Source: Spirogloea muscicola (Eukaryota). Taken from it: a DNA stretch of 64,000 nucleotides. The translations under genes were made by a program, and so were the position numbers. Each line of letters begins with the position of its first letter. Position 1 is the first letter of the stretch. Positions 1 to 12,666 of the stretch are shown here, piece by piece. The notes below the pieces were generated by a model that saw only the letters and a list, made by a program, of their open reading frames with translations, was not told the origin of the DNA and searched no databases. The stretch spans positions 647,972 through 711,971 of the forward strand of contig WELB01000028.1 of assembly GCA_009602725.1 (NCBI GenBank). The letters are read 5' to 3'.

Positions 1-9
1 TACCAACCA

Positions 10-390
10 ATGGGACAGCCTACTGCCCCAGACATTCAAGAAGCTGCCAAGCCCGAATCACTCAGACGTTTGCCCATAGTGGACCTTCTCGTTGCTGGAT
101 TCCCCTGTCAGGGATTTAGTGCTCTCGGTTCTGGCAGAGGCTTCAGGCAGCCCTCCATTGGAATATTCCTATCGCTGGTAAAAATCATGGACAACGTACG
201 TGCCAGGCAGCTCCTCCCATTTGGGTGTTTTATCGAGAATGTAGAGCCCGGCGAGACCCACAAATTTGCCAGGTTTGACTTTCAGACAATCTGCGACATT
301 CTGGGGCCCTACACAATACTGGACGCAGCAATTTTGGGATCGTTGGCTATCGCTAGAGAGTTCATTGGACCAACCTTGCCCCTGCTCAAA
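10..390 (+). pseudogene. C5 cytosine DNA methyltransferase fragment (catalytic motifs IV and VI), probably retrotransposon-borne; cut by the window edge and truncated at the 3' end
   Basis: ORF 10-393 contains VDLLVAGFPCQGFS (motif IV, catalytic PC) and FIENV (motif VI). The sequence switches abruptly to LRR-RLK intron sequence at about 400. Confidence 0.75.
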
Positions 391-509
391 TGATCCAACG
401 CTGCATCGACATGCAGAAACGCCCTCTTTAAATCTTCTTTTAACCTTATCTTTTCGACGTGCAGCATATGTGACATGTAGTAGAAGAGCAAAGGTGCAGG
501 ACTGCGCAC

Positions 510-1520
510 TTGTTGTTATTCAGCTCAAGGTTCGTCAGATCATGGCAACTGCTGGTGGCAGGGAGCCTGTCAGCCTGTTCAAATTTGTGTCAGATCAAGT
601 TATCCCAGACATCATGCATCAAGCACACCTCAATATGCACAGGAGCAGTCTAATGGAAAAGTTAGCTCCGTTGCTCGACCCTCAGAAAGACAGGCGCAAC
701 CTCAAGGAGGCCGTGCTCACAAGCGGCTACGCGAATTCTGCGTGCACGCTGGCCCCCCAGGGAGGCTCCATGAGGTAGAGAAAAAGACGAAGGATCACTG
801 CTGTCAAACTTTTAACCGAGATCGAGATTGAAAAACTGTAAGCTTGCTCACCTATTGTCACTGAGGCGGAGTATCTCAAGTTTCGATAGATTGCCCAGCG
901 CTGCTGGGATAAGGGCCGATAGGTGTCATTCAGAATGAAGTATTGCAGGCTGCCAATGTTGCCGAGCTCCGGTGCCAGCTTGCCTTCCAGCCGCATCTCA
1001 GACACGTCTAGCCCAGTCACTTGCCTGCAAGTAGATACCAGTGGCCAGGAGTGAGAAAGGCTGAGCTTGACCAAGAATCCATGCTGCGCCTTCCTATGAG
1101 CTTGCTTATAAGCTGCTGGTCCAGGGACCCTGCGCCGCCTTACGCGCCACTCCAATTGGTCCTAGCGCGAGTGGATGCAGAGAAGGCGCGCACTGCAGGG
1201 CCATGACCTCAAGAAGGGCTGCCGCCACTTGTCGTGCCTGTCGCTTGACACGTTTCAGGGGCCAACTTGTTGTAGGCCGGGCTCGGGAAGAAGCTCTTGC
1301 CTGGGGCCTCCCTGCATCGTTGCACTGCACACAATGCCGAAGCAGCCGCACGGGGTAAGGTCGGCTGGGCTCCAATTGGGCTCCAATTGGCCAGTGTGCC
1401 ATAGGGGTCGTTGGTAATCCCGGCCTTGAAGGCCAGCAGGGCGGCCTTGTCGGAGCTGCGAGGGAGAGGATGACGGGCAGTCAGCCGGGGGTGGCCACAC
1501 GGAGGCACGCAGCGCAGGCA
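510..1520 (-). pseudogene. LRR-RLK copy A, N-terminal remnant
   Basis: LRRNT exon 1301-1455 (SDKAALLAFKAGITNDPYGTLANW...PCG..GIVC) carries an 11-nt tandem duplication frameshift. The exon at about 853-1025 reads VTGLDVSEMRLEGKLAPELGNIGSLQY. A 65-nt degenerate LRR exon at 510-574 is homologous to 35089-35160. Confidence 0.85.
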
Positions 1521-1610
1521 CTGGAAAGAGAAAGAATGCGGCTGCTGATTACGAAAGAGCGGCTGTACAAGGCAGCCAAGTGCATATAGAATACAGGTGT
1601 TCATGAGGGG

Positions 1611-4094
1611 GCCAAGGTCCCCCAGCCAAGGTCACCTTGGATGAAAGTTGGACGCGTACAGGTCGCGCTCGTAGCCGGCGGCGCAGGCACAGTAGGATCA
1701 AGCATTGTGCATGGTTTCCTCAACGCTGGCGCCGAGTGAGAACCTTCGCGTTGCAGATCCTCCAGCAACATTCTGGGCCTTAGAGCACTCTGGCGCTTGT
1801 GTACTTATATGTCCAGCTTCATCATTCTGGTGGTACATGGGCTGCAGAGTCGTCGTCCCCTCCAGACGCGTCGACGCGCTCAACACCCTCAGTACTGAGT
1901 GCGGCGGCGCCCAGGACCTCTACCTCGTCAATGCTGACATCAGCACGGAGGATGGAGCTCAAGTCGTTGCAAAGGTCGGACCCCTTAAAGCTGCTCTGTA
2001 GCTGTGTCCTGAGAGTTGTTGGCTGGCAAATTTAGAATGCTCGCGCTGACTGGGCATTTGTGCTGCTTCTCCACAGTACATTGAGGAGAAGCTTGGAGGG
2101 CAGCTAAATCATGTGAGGACAACAACCATGTCTGTGCAGATAGACACTGACAACTGTGCCTCAAATGCGATCTGCACATCTGGCTGGCTTGGGCAACCTC
2201 TGTGACTGGACTGGACTGTACCTGAGACTGACTTGGATACCCAGCGACAAAGACCTCGACTTTTCTGTCTTACATGTCCAGCTGCATTGTGCAAGCCCCG
2301 AACAAGCTCACCTATTGCTTGCCCTGCTACTTTCAAGTCCCTCCAATGTCCAGACATAAGCACGACATGACTCCATCTCAGTCTTGCCATGTTGCAGTTG
2401 GTGACGAGCTTGGGTAGCGGGTACTACAATGCACCAGTTATAGGAGACAAGCCATCTAGCCATCTGGCAAAGGCCATCGCAGATCTCTGCATATCGCACT
2501 ATGTCGTTGCAAACGCCTTCCTACCAAAGCTTAAGAACCAGGCTGGCTCCACGTACACAATCATCACCGGCGGCCTCGGTGGGGCCTACATGCCAGGAGC
2601 AGGGTTCACGACTATTGGTGCCGCCGCCCTGTGGTATGCTTAGACCTTGACTGGCCTTGAAAACAAAAAACCCTGAAGCAGGTTTGGCAAAAGTGCCTCT
2701 ATGACTTGCCAGGTGTTACAGGATGACTACAGTGAGGCTTACACTTGCAATTCTGTATCTTGCAGGGGCTTAAGCATTGTCGTGAGGGAGGAGATGAAGG
2801 AGAAGGCAGTCCGTGTGAATGAATTTCGGATCATGATGGCCATAGAGCGTAATACCGAAATTGGCCGTGGCATCGGCCAGGTTCTGGCGGGCATATCTGC
2901 TGGAGAAAATCAGGCAAGCAGTCAGGTCATCAGCTTACGTAATGACCAGGACATCCAGCAGCTGCTGGCTGCATCAGGCTAAGAGGTTTGGCAGCTTCCT
3001 GACATGGAAGTGCTCCAGGAGCATGATGTTGCGCTTATGCATATTAATTTTTTTCCTTAGCGGTTGAGGACGCAGCAGGGACCAGCGGTAATCGCATGAG
3101 GAGAATCACGTGTACTTATCTCAGCTTGATGGGCCTATACGTAGACAGAGCTCATGGGCAAAAATTACAACGAGTAGAGCAAAAGCTTCAGGCTTTGCTT
3201 TCTTTCTAAGACAACTCATAGCTGACTTTCACAAATATCGAAAATGCTTCCGTCCAAGCACTTACTTGCTGATGTTGAGATGCCATCACTGGACTTAACA
3301 GTTGGTTCCTCAGCTGCTGCAGCATTCCAGTGAAAGGAGTGGTTGCATGCCACTTATACCAATCACTCATGCCCGTGATCTGCAAGATGTGCAACATGAC
3401 CTGCTTGGCAGTGCTTGCATCACAATTGGTGCAAGGAACTGTATTACATGTTGCATGGCTAGTGGCAAGCTGCAAGATCTGACGCTGGTCTGAGTATGAA
3501 GTCAGGTTGAGGCCTTCAGGAACACAACCCTTACCGCAGCCCTAAACTTGGACTGCCAGCTTTCGCTGGTTTTCTTTGGCTGAGGTTGAAAGGGTTCAAG
3601 AGAATGCAAAGGCATTTCCTAAGTGATTTCGGCTTATAAGGGTCTCACAGTCGGAAGTGCTATTGATGTTCTCAACGGGTGCCAGCCCAAGCGGGGGACT
3701 CGGTGGCTTGCTACAGGTCTACAGTTGGTCGTAGCCTTATATGCCTCAACAAGTTCATGGTAATGAGAACAAGAATGAGTCATTGGGAAATAGAGAGACC
3801 AACATCACCCTTCGGATCTGTGCAGGTCAACAAAGTCAGTCTGGTCAGGTCATTCGTTTGGCGACTACTGCCTTAGGTGCTTCAGGTGCTGTTTGGAGTG
3901 GAAGCTAGGCCGCCCTCGTGCAACATGGCCTAGCAACTGAGTGCAGGTACCGACAATCCAGGGTGGCATTGACGCTTGTGAAGACATGGCTTTGCCTGGA
4001 AGATTCTAAGGCCATCAAGTGGGAGGGCAAGGGGGGATACCATAGGTTTCTTTCAAAAGCTTTGGGTGATGAAAGGGCGACTCTCAACACCGGA
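1611..4094. repeat. Left arm of a 2484-bp inverted segmental duplication (partner 60984-63467)
   Basis: Paired coordinates sum to 65078 at both ends and at the SDR start and stop (no net indel). The ORF translations are near-identical. Confidence 0.97.
1641..2982 (+). CDS. Short-chain dehydrogenase/reductase (SDR) family protein, 5 exons (1641-1735, 1848-1974, 2077-2112, 2398-2633, 2766-2982)
   Basis: Rossmann motif VALVAGGAGTVG, plus NADIS, YTIITGGLG and AVRVNEFRI. GT-AG introns keep the frame. The same exon layout occurs in the paralog at 54810-56428. Confidence 0.85.
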
Positions 4095-4359
4095 AGTGCT
4101 GCTCACGCAAGACTCCCGGCGGCGGGGCCGAGGAGGGTGAGCAGCGCTGCGGCGGCGAGCGGTGCGGCTGCCATGCTCGCCACGCCGGGCCCGCGGGAGC
4201 CCCTTCCGGGCGGCGACGGCGGCGGGCCCGTGCCAGGGCGGGCGAAGTCTAAACGGGACTTCGGAGACGGGGCTGGCCGTTCTCAGCCCTTCTCTCCCTT
4301 CAATAGACTTTGCCTGAACACTGTTTTGGCTTGAATTGGCCTCCCTTTAATCTCATGCG

Positions 4360-4930
4360 CTCTGCGCGCCTTCTCCCTGTGGGCGAGCACTTCTACTTAG
4401 GAGAGCACCCAGTTGCCACTTGAGCACCCAGTCGCTGTGTGCTCTAACGCTCTAACGGCCTCTGTTATTCTGACTTGCACTTGCTGACCAGAGGTCATTG
4501 AGCGCCCACTTGCTGACGTCTTGGAGATCAGTATCCTACTGGTGGCGCCATCCGGCCCATTTCAGCCAGGCCCCCTTCTCTATGGGCGAGCACTTCTCTC
4601 TTGCGACGTCTTTCCGCCTGCTAGCTACTCAGATTTGCATCTACTGACGAGAGGTTACTGAGAGTTCGCTTACTGCTGTCTCAGTCCTTAGCACTCCGAC
4701 TCCTTCAGACCTTGTCCATTCTTTTGGGCTGGCCTCTCCCAGCCACCACTTACTCTGGCCGCGCTTGCATCTCTTTCAAGCATTGTACATACCTTGGGGC
4801 TGGCCTCTCACAGCCACTTCCGTAAATTGGAAGAGCTCTTTCTTTACGGCCCCTTTTGGACCTTGTAAACCTTTTCGGGCTGGCTGTTCACAGCCTTTGC
4901 CTCCTTTGGGAGAGCCACTTTTCAATTTTC
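4360..4930 (+). mobile_element. Mosaic of short RLE non-LTR retrotransposon 3' ends
   Basis: Consecutive pieces: SDLHLLTRGH-stop (about 4468-4502), SDLHLLTRGY-stop (about 4628-4661), and several GGGCTG..CAGCC hairpin termini ending GGGCGAGCACTTCT or GGGAGAGCCACTT. Confidence 0.7.
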
Positions 4931-4939
4931 TTACGTTGG

Positions 4940-5410
4940 GAAGCGCTTATTCTCTCTCCTACCCACTCCTCGACTTTCTGAGCCTTTCGATGCTCCTCCT
5001 TATTCGGGCTGATACCTCGCGCGCCGCCACTTGCGCAGCTGCCGCCGCCAAGACGCTGGCTCTGGCACCGGCCACGCAGTCGCGCTCGTCTGAGCATGGC
5101 ATCCGCTCTGGCGGGCACAGCTGCGGTGCTCGTCGTCGTTGCGCAGCTGGGTAGCTTCGCCTCCACCGCCGGGAAACTTGAGTGAGCAACCCGTCCTCCA
5201 GGAGAAGAAGCTCTTTCGATGTAAGACTCTGGCTGTGAGAGGCTAGCCCAGAAGGCATGAACAACCTCCAAAAGGCCGACAGGTGCCCGAACCACATAGG
5301 TATGCAGGAGACCACGGCGAGTGGGAGCTTAGTAAGGAGGTCTGGTCTGGTGTGGTGGACGTGGGTTTCCAGTCAATCACAGCGTTGCCAGTCCTGAGCC
5401 GCGTGGACCA
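4940..5410. repeat. Dispersed repeat of unknown nature: direct copy at about 21145-21625, partial inverted copy at about 5780-5890
   Basis: Shared blocks CCTCGCGCGCCGCCAC(T/C)TGCGCAGCTGCCGCCGC, GACGCTGGCTCTGGCACCGGCCA and AGGAGGTCTGGTCTGG...CACAGCGTTGCCAG. Confidence 0.75.
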
Positions 5411-6214
5411 GCCGCGGACGGCTTTTTAGAAAGTCAGTTGTGCTGAGGGGAGGAAGAGCAACCACGCTGCGCAAGCCAGAGGCTGCTGCAAGAGCGCGAC
5501 CGGCTCGGCGGTGTAGGGACACAGAGAGCCGCATGCGGTATCAGGACACAAGACCCAAAGGCACCGAGCCTCAAGGCAGTGCTGCACCCGGTTCGCGACG
5601 CCGCTGGTTAGCTTGAGAGGCCAGCATCAAAAGTGACGAGGATCACTGGCCCCCGTAACACCCGTGGATGTCCATGGCCAGGGGGTAAAAGGTATCGCCA
5701 GCCGAGTGGTCCTTTACTTATGTATCTACTTTTGTTTAGCCACCCTCACAGCGTAGCCGGTCTCAAAAGTGGCACTGCAGAGGCGGCGGCGGCTGCGCAG
5801 GTGGCGGCGCACGAGGTATCATCCTCCAAGAGGAGCCTCAGAAGTCTAGAAAGTCCAAGAGTCGGTAAGGGAGAGAGTAAGCGCTTCTCCAAAGAGAGAG
5901 AAGGCGCGCAGTGCGCATGAAATTGAAAGGGAAGCCAAATCTAGCCTTACAAATGTCCCGTCAATTGGGTGATGAACTGGCTAAGGGGGCCACTAATATC
6001 CCCGAGTAAGCACATGCATATCTGACAAGCTATACTGAGGCGCCAAACCACCACCACGGAAAGAAAGAAAGTGGCTCTCCCAAAGGGGGCAAGGGCTGTG
6101 AACAGCCATCCCGAAAAGATTTGACAAGGTCCAAAGGGGCCGCAGAGAAAGCTCTTCCAGCTTACGGCAGTGGCCGTGAGCTTTTCACAGCCCTTGCCCA
6201 CTTTGGGAAGGAAG

Positions 6215-7440
6215 GGCTCGCCCGTGGAGAAGAGGAGCTGGCAAAGCCAGCTTAAAAGTATGGACAATGTCCAAAGCCAAAGAAAGAGGAGCCGGAAAAA
6301 GGACTACACTACAAAACACTGCAGAACACATAGCCGATGCAGAGGGAAGCTCAGTACCCACGAGTGAGCAACATCAGGTCTGAGTAACTCGCTGCAGGGA
6401 AAGAGGCACTCTGCCTAGACCCAGAGGCGGCGGCCATAGCACGGCCTGCTCGCGTGTGGACGGCGTGGGCAAGGGAGCGTTGAAGCGATACCGCTAGGCG
6501 CATGCGGAAGACTTGGGCGAGCGAACCGGCGGCGTTGAAGCCGGGCAGCGCCCCTGGCAGACCCGGCCGCCGGTCAATGGCCTGGCGGGCAAGCCGCTGA
6601 ATGAGATCCAGCCAGCGGCTGCCGGAAGCCCCGTGTACATCCATCGCCAGGGCCGCGACTTCATCCCCAACCGGGTGATCAGCAAATTTTCGCTCCTTGC
6701 CCCGGGCCGCCAGGCCGACCGCGTGCCCTGCAAACGACGCCGATCTGGTGGGATTGGCGGAGTCGATGCAGTCAGTTGTCATCGGCGATGATGCGGGGAC
6801 CGCCGCCAAGCGGGATGGCGACCAGGTCGGCGCGTCGTGTATGGGACTGGCCGTCCGCGCCCAGCTGGATGGGCATTATGGAAGAGTTATTCACAGCCAC
6901 TTTGAAGCCAGCCTCCGTAAACACCCCCTGCATACCATCTCGCAGGAGATCGTGGGAAGCGGTCAGCTCGCCCCCGTGTACGCAACGGAGCATATGCGCA
7001 GCCAGCTCCGCAGGTTCAGCGTGATGGGCACCGCACTTGCACTGGGTGACGCCCACGAGGCAGGGAGGGAGGAGGCCCAAGAGCCGGTGGACCGCCGTCC
7101 TGAAGATCTCATCGGCATGTTGAGCGCCGCGTGGAGTGGGAGCGCTGATAACCACGCCGCCGCCCCAGGGGAGGAGGCTGAGAGCAGCCGGCGCGCCCTC
7201 GAAGATCAGACGGAGGGAGGAGCTCCACCACCTGGTCAGAGGCCGCTTTTTCAACCAGCGCCGTGAAGCGTGCCTGGGCACGCAGGTCAGGGGTGTGGGC
7301 GAGGTGGATGAAAGGGACGGCCTGCTCCGACATGTTGGGGTGGACCGCCAGGAGCCCGTCGCGGGCAGAGCGGAGGGCAACCTGAAAGGGCAGCTGGCCG
7401 ATCTCCACTTCAGCTGCCGCCCGCTCCAAGCGCGCTGGCC
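6215..7440 (-). mobile_element. 5'-truncated RLE-class (CRE/HERO-like) non-LTR retrotransposon: C-terminal ORF plus 3' UTR, frameshifted
   Basis: CCHC knuckle CKCG..HMLRC, HDLLRD, RRADLVA..IIAD (PD-D/ExK-like), MDVHGASG and RLAVSLQR. The ORF ends SDLMLLTRGY-stop at 6351, followed by the 3' UTR with the hairpin. Confidence 0.85.
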
Positions 7441-8010
7441 GTGGACGAGGAGGAGGAGGGAGAGCCACTTCTTCTTGTGAGAGGCCAGCCCAAAGGAATG
7501 TACAAGGTCATGAAGGGCCGGGTGGCGCCAAAAGTAGGCTACTAGTCTCCAAGGCGTCAGCAAGTGGGCGCTCAATAACCTCTAGTCGGCAAGTGCAAGT
7601 CAGATACCGTAGCGGGCGGGAAAGAAAGTGCTCGCCCGCAGAGAAGAGGGGCTGGCAAAGTCAGCCCAAAAAGAATGGACAATATCCAAAGCCAAACGGG
7701 AAAGCTTCAGAGCAAACAGCGACTCAAGTGGCCACTGGGTGCTCTACGAAGTCCCGTCTGGGTTAGGCGCCCGCCCTGGCACGGGCCCTCCGCCGCCGCC
7801 CCCCCGGCAGGGGCTCCCGCGGGCCCGGCGTGGCGAGCATGGCGGCCGCAGCGCTCGCCGCCGTCGCGCTGCTCACCCGCCTTGGCTCTGCCGCCGGGGA
7901 CCTCGCGTGAGCATCCCTTCCGCGCCGCGGCTACTCCTGAGCCAGGAAGCACATTGCGCCTAGAGCACCAAGTGGCTCTCCCCAAGGAAGCACATTGCGC
8001 CGGCGAGCCC

Positions 8011-11000
8011 TCTCCCCGTCCGCAGCATCACCATCAGGCTCCTGCTGCGGCTGCACTCCAGCGCCCGCGCCGCGTGGGCCTCCGTGTGGCCCCCCCCGGC
8101 TGACTTCCCATCGTCCTTTCCCGCGCAGCTCCGACCAGGCCGCGCTGCTGGCCTTCAAGGCCGGCATCACCAACGACCCCCATGGCTTCCTCACCAACTG
8201 GCACCCTGCCGATCTCACGCCGTGCGACTGGTTCGGCGTTGCGTGCAATGACACGAAAGGCCCCAGGCAAGAGCTTTGTCCCGAGCCCGGCCTAGTCAGA
8301 GTGGGTCGCCGCAGCTTATCAAGCAAAGGGCACAAGCATTGGTACCCCAGCGGCCCCGCCGTTGGCGAGGTCGTGACCCTGCCGGGCCCGCCTCCTCTGG
8401 AGTCACAGGAGTAGCGGCAGCTCTGTGAAGGGCTTCTGCGCCAGCAACGTTGCTCCTTGCGAGGTGCAGTGCGAGTTCAAGATCTGATCAAGCTCTGCTC
8501 CCTCCGCTGCTGGCCATTGGTACACACTTGCAGGCGAGTGATTGGGCTTTTTCTAAAGGACGGGGAGTTGAACGGCACGCTGGCACCGGAGCTTGCGAAT
8601 ATTGGCACCCTAAAGTACATATATCTGCTCAACAACTCTTTCTCGAGCCCAATCCCTCCGGCGCTGGGTAACCTCCCGCAGCTTGGCGTTCTCGTCCTCG
8701 ACGAGAACAGGTCAGCGTGCCAAAGCTTATTTGTATTTGAGGGTTGCATATGCACAGCTTATTGCAGAGAAACCTTTCTGCTCTCATGAGCAGGATTCTT
8801 GATGGTGATTAGGGTCAGCAACTGCTACTTTGCATCCTCCTGTATGCACTGGCATGCAATAATGGGAATTTGCCAGCGCTTGGGAGATCTAGCTAGAAAT
8901 CGGGCTTAGTCAGGAACAGATATCCTCAAAAGTCCATTCAGATATGTGCAGCTATGTTGAGCCGTGAGGGTCCTGCTTCGAAATTGTGCAGCTATTGTCA
9001 TGATGTGTCAGTGTACTGCAGAATAGGCACTAACAAGTGATGTTATGTTCTCGTAAGGTTGCATCTGATTGTCAGATTGACCATCATTGACCGTATTACT
9101 TGAAGCTGTAGATGACGAGATGAAGAGCTGCCTGAACCTTGAAAGGAGCTGATTGCAATATGTCCTAATGGAAGCCAAACTGCTGGCGACTATGTGAGCT
9201 TTGCTCTTCCTTGCATTGCAGCCTCACTGGTATTTTACCGCCTGAGCTGGGGAACTGCACCAGTCTCAGCATCATTTCTGTCAACAACAACCGGTAGGCT
9301 CGAAGCTGCCCTCTGCCTAAGTGTCAGAGCATATGTTTCAGCTACACTGATTGAATTGCATGCAACAGTAGCTGCCCAGGCCTAAACCCTAAACCCTAGA
9401 CCCTTAAACCCCTAAACCCTGAACCCTAAACCTAAACCTTGAAAGGAGCTGCTGCGATTTGTGTTAGTGAAAGCCCCATTGAGCCTGACCTCCAACTTGT
9501 AAGGGCTTGCTTGCAGCCCATGTCAAATGCTTGACCCCTATCTAATGCTCTTTTGGTGTCAGCTTGGAGGGTGGAGTGCCACCAGAGCTCGCTACTCGCA
9601 GGGGAATGATCAGCCTGGACCTGAGCCACAACAGGTGCTGAGCTGTGACTGCATCTTCGATGCAACCATGAGTTGGCTGATTTGCCATGTCAGCAAATTT
9701 ACATAAATTGCAGAGGAGCCACAGCTGGCATTCTTAGCGGCTTACTCGCAATTGTTGGCAGGTTAAGTGGCCACCTGCCACCTGAGTTGGGGAGACTCGT
9801 GCTGCTCAACAAGCTGTGGCTTGCTAGCAATAAGTTCTCTGGACCAATCCCAACAACCTTCTCCAATCTGGAAAACCTGCAAGTGCTGACGATGGACAAT
9901 AATAAATTCTCTGGCCCATTCCCACAGTGGCTTGGCAACTTCAGCAGTGCGTTGACTATTTCCCTAGGTCACAATAAGTTGACCGGAAGAGTCTCTGCGA
10001 GCATTCGCAGTCTGCAGAGCGTTCAGTATCTTGACATCTCCAACAACCACCTAACAGGCATTCTCCCCCTGGAAATTGGGGAATTAAGCAACCTCAAAAC
10101 ATTCTCGGCTGCAAGCAACTCATTCAGCGGGCCAATACCGGAGGGTATTGGCGACTTGCCGAGTCTTACCTATCTCGATCTTTCCAACAATCATTTCAAT
10201 GGCAGCATCCCTGCAAATCTGGGATTCTTACCTTTCTTTAACATCTCCAATAACAACCTCAGTGGGCCTATTCCAGCCACTCTTATTGGTCATTACAACA
10301 GCAGCTCCTATTCTGGCAATGCCGCCTTATGTGGCGGCCCTTATGCTGCCTGCGAGACAGCTCCCCCACCTCGTTCTCTTCCTCCTTCCCCACAACCTCC
10401 AGAGCACAAATCGTCGAGCTTATCAGGGGTGGCAATTGCTGGCATTGTTATTGGAGCTCTTGTCCTTCTCCTCCTGTTGCTGGGACTTTTCCTGCTGTGC
10501 TGCTTAGCTTGGAAGAAGAAGGAGGACAAGGCTATGCCAAACAAGCGGAGCATTGAGCACTTCTGCTCCGAGATGTCCATCACGCAGGATAGACTCCAAG
10601 CTCCCTTCACCTTCGAGGAGCTCATGAATGCAACTGAGAACTTCAATGATGATTATATAGTCGGCATTGGGGGCTTCGGAAAAGTCTACTGGTAAGTAAC
10701 TTTGCCTACTTGCGGGGTGGTGTGCTATCCTTGGTGCAAATTGTCCAGGCCTCTCCTTAAAGTATGGTTCACACAAACTCACGATCATTTCGATGGAGAT
10801 GCTGAGCAGTGCACAGATGAAGAATGGCCAGAGGTATGCAGTGAAGAGGCTACCAGCAGACAGCAAGCAAGGATTGAGATCGGTGAAAGCTGAGGTGGAG
10901 ACACTGAGTCGCATCAGACATCGCAATTTGGTCCCGCTACAGGGCTGGTACATCCCCAGGGACAGCCAAGCGGGCATGCTCCTCATCTACCCTTTCTTGC

Positions 11001-11875
11001 TTGGCGGTAATCTTGACCAGTTGGTGCACGGGGGCAAGGGCGTGCCTCCAAAGCCAGATACGTTTGATCACTGGGCTGCGCGGATGAAGGTCATACTGGA
11101 TGCAGCAGTTGGGCTTAAGTACCTGCATCATGAGTGCAGTCCTCGCGTGCTGCATAGGGACGTGAAGCCAAACAACACCTTGTTGGATGAAAATGGTCAA
11201 GGTTACGTGGCGGATTTTGGGCTTGCAAGAGTCTTTCTGGCACATGAAACGCACGTTTCAACCATGGCTGCAGGTGACTTGTACTGCCCTTCTATGTCCG
11301 TTGAGCTATATCATAGGCCTCTCTGGCATCGTGCAAGAAGAATGTGCTGATATATGCTGGTAGAGGCACCTCAGACTGCCTTGCAATGATCATGGGTCAT
11401 TTTCCTGCAATTGATGACGTCATGGTGGTGCACATGGGCAGGCACAGTCGGGTATCTCGCTCCAGACTGCGCCCTAGGCCAACTGACCGAGTACAGCGAT
11501 GTCTTCAGTTTTGGAGTGATGCTGCTGGAGAGTGTCACTGGCAAACGGCCTGTCGACCCTTTCTTTCAGACCGAGGTTGCAGCTGGTGGCAGCTTGATTT
11601 TGTGGGTGCGATCCTGCCTTAATAACAAGAAGCCTTTGGAGTGCGTTGATATGGCGCTAGCTCCATTCGTTCCCCAGAAAGTTGACGAAATACGGGGCGC
11701 CTTGAGAGCGGGGATATTTTGCTGCTCCAATATCCCCAAACAAAGGCCAACAATGATTGACGTTGTTGAGATGCTCCAGAATCTTGGAGCATTTGGTGCT
11801 GGGTTGACGTTTCCTAAGTCAACGTTGCCCATAGACGGGACGGCAATTGACAAGCTCTTGTGCCACTGGACTTGA
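8011..11875 (+). CDS. LRR receptor-like Ser/Thr kinase, copy B, apparently intact from exon 2 to stop; start codon not resolved
   Basis: Exons about 8011-8073, 8129-8266 (GC donor), 8534-8710, 9222-9293, 9563-9634, 9762-10691, 10810-11273 and 11442-11875 join in frame. Domains: LRRNT, plant-specific LRRs (LxGxIP), GNxxLCG cap, Pro-rich stalk, TM helix, GIGGFGKVY, YAVKRL, HRDVKPNN, DFG, GYLAPD. Confidence 0.88.
9381..9438 (+). repeat. Interstitial plant-type telomeric repeat (CCCTAAA)n, degenerate, inside an RLK intron
   Basis: cctaaaccctaaaccctagacccttaaacccctaaaccctgaaccctaaacctaaacc. Confidence 0.85.
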
Positions 11876-12539
11876 GAGGTGGCCAGCCTTTCCAGGTATT
11901 CCTGAGTGTTTCGTAGCTACTTGATTCCCTGTGTGCTTTAGCGCTTTCCCTTGGCCCCTTTGAAATCTGATTATTGATCTTTCTGGGCTGGCCTCCCACA
12001 GCCACCGCTCTCTCCTGGAAGCGTCTTTCTTCTTTCAATGGTGGGCAACGTCCCATCAGCGTCCCAGTAGCACTATGCTTAATGGAATGACTTCCAGAGC
12101 ATATTAAAGGCCGAAAAGGGCAGAACGTTTGATATGTTCTATGACTACGGCGACATAAGAGACATGATGAATTAAGCTTTGCCCGTTCTACAGCGGTGGC
12201 AGAATTACCTGTAGTGTGACAACTTACAAGTATGGTCGTCACAGTGGTGAGAGTGAATCAATGGCACATAATACCAGCAGCAGCCTCTGGCTTTCGGCAA
12301 GGGAGCGCTTTCCGGCTGCTAGTCTTTCTGACTTGCGTCCGCTAAGTAGAAACTCAGTGGTGATGAATGAATGACTACCCCGCATGGAAATTCTCAATCA
12401 TGTGTTCCGGCGCTTTCCGGCCCCTTCGGACCTTGTCAACTCGTGTCGGGCTGGCTTTTCACTGGCTGACTCGTCATGTGCTTTAGCGAATTCTCAGCCG
12501 CTTACGACCTGGTCACTTCTTTTATGGAGGGATTGTCAC

Positions 12540-12666
12540 AAGAAGATTCTCAATGCTCCGCTCTTTGTCTGTCATAGTCTTGTCCTTCTTCCGAGCTAAG
12601 CGATACAGCAGGAGCAGTCGCAGCAACGTAAGGAGAAGGACAACAAAGGCACCAATGCTGCCAATT
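12540..12666 (-). pseudogene. Isolated LRR-RLK transmembrane/juxtamembrane fragment
   Basis: The reverse strand reads IGSIGAFVVLLLTLLRLLLLYRLARKKDKTMTDKERSIEN, matching copy D at 32485-32610. Confidence 0.8.
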
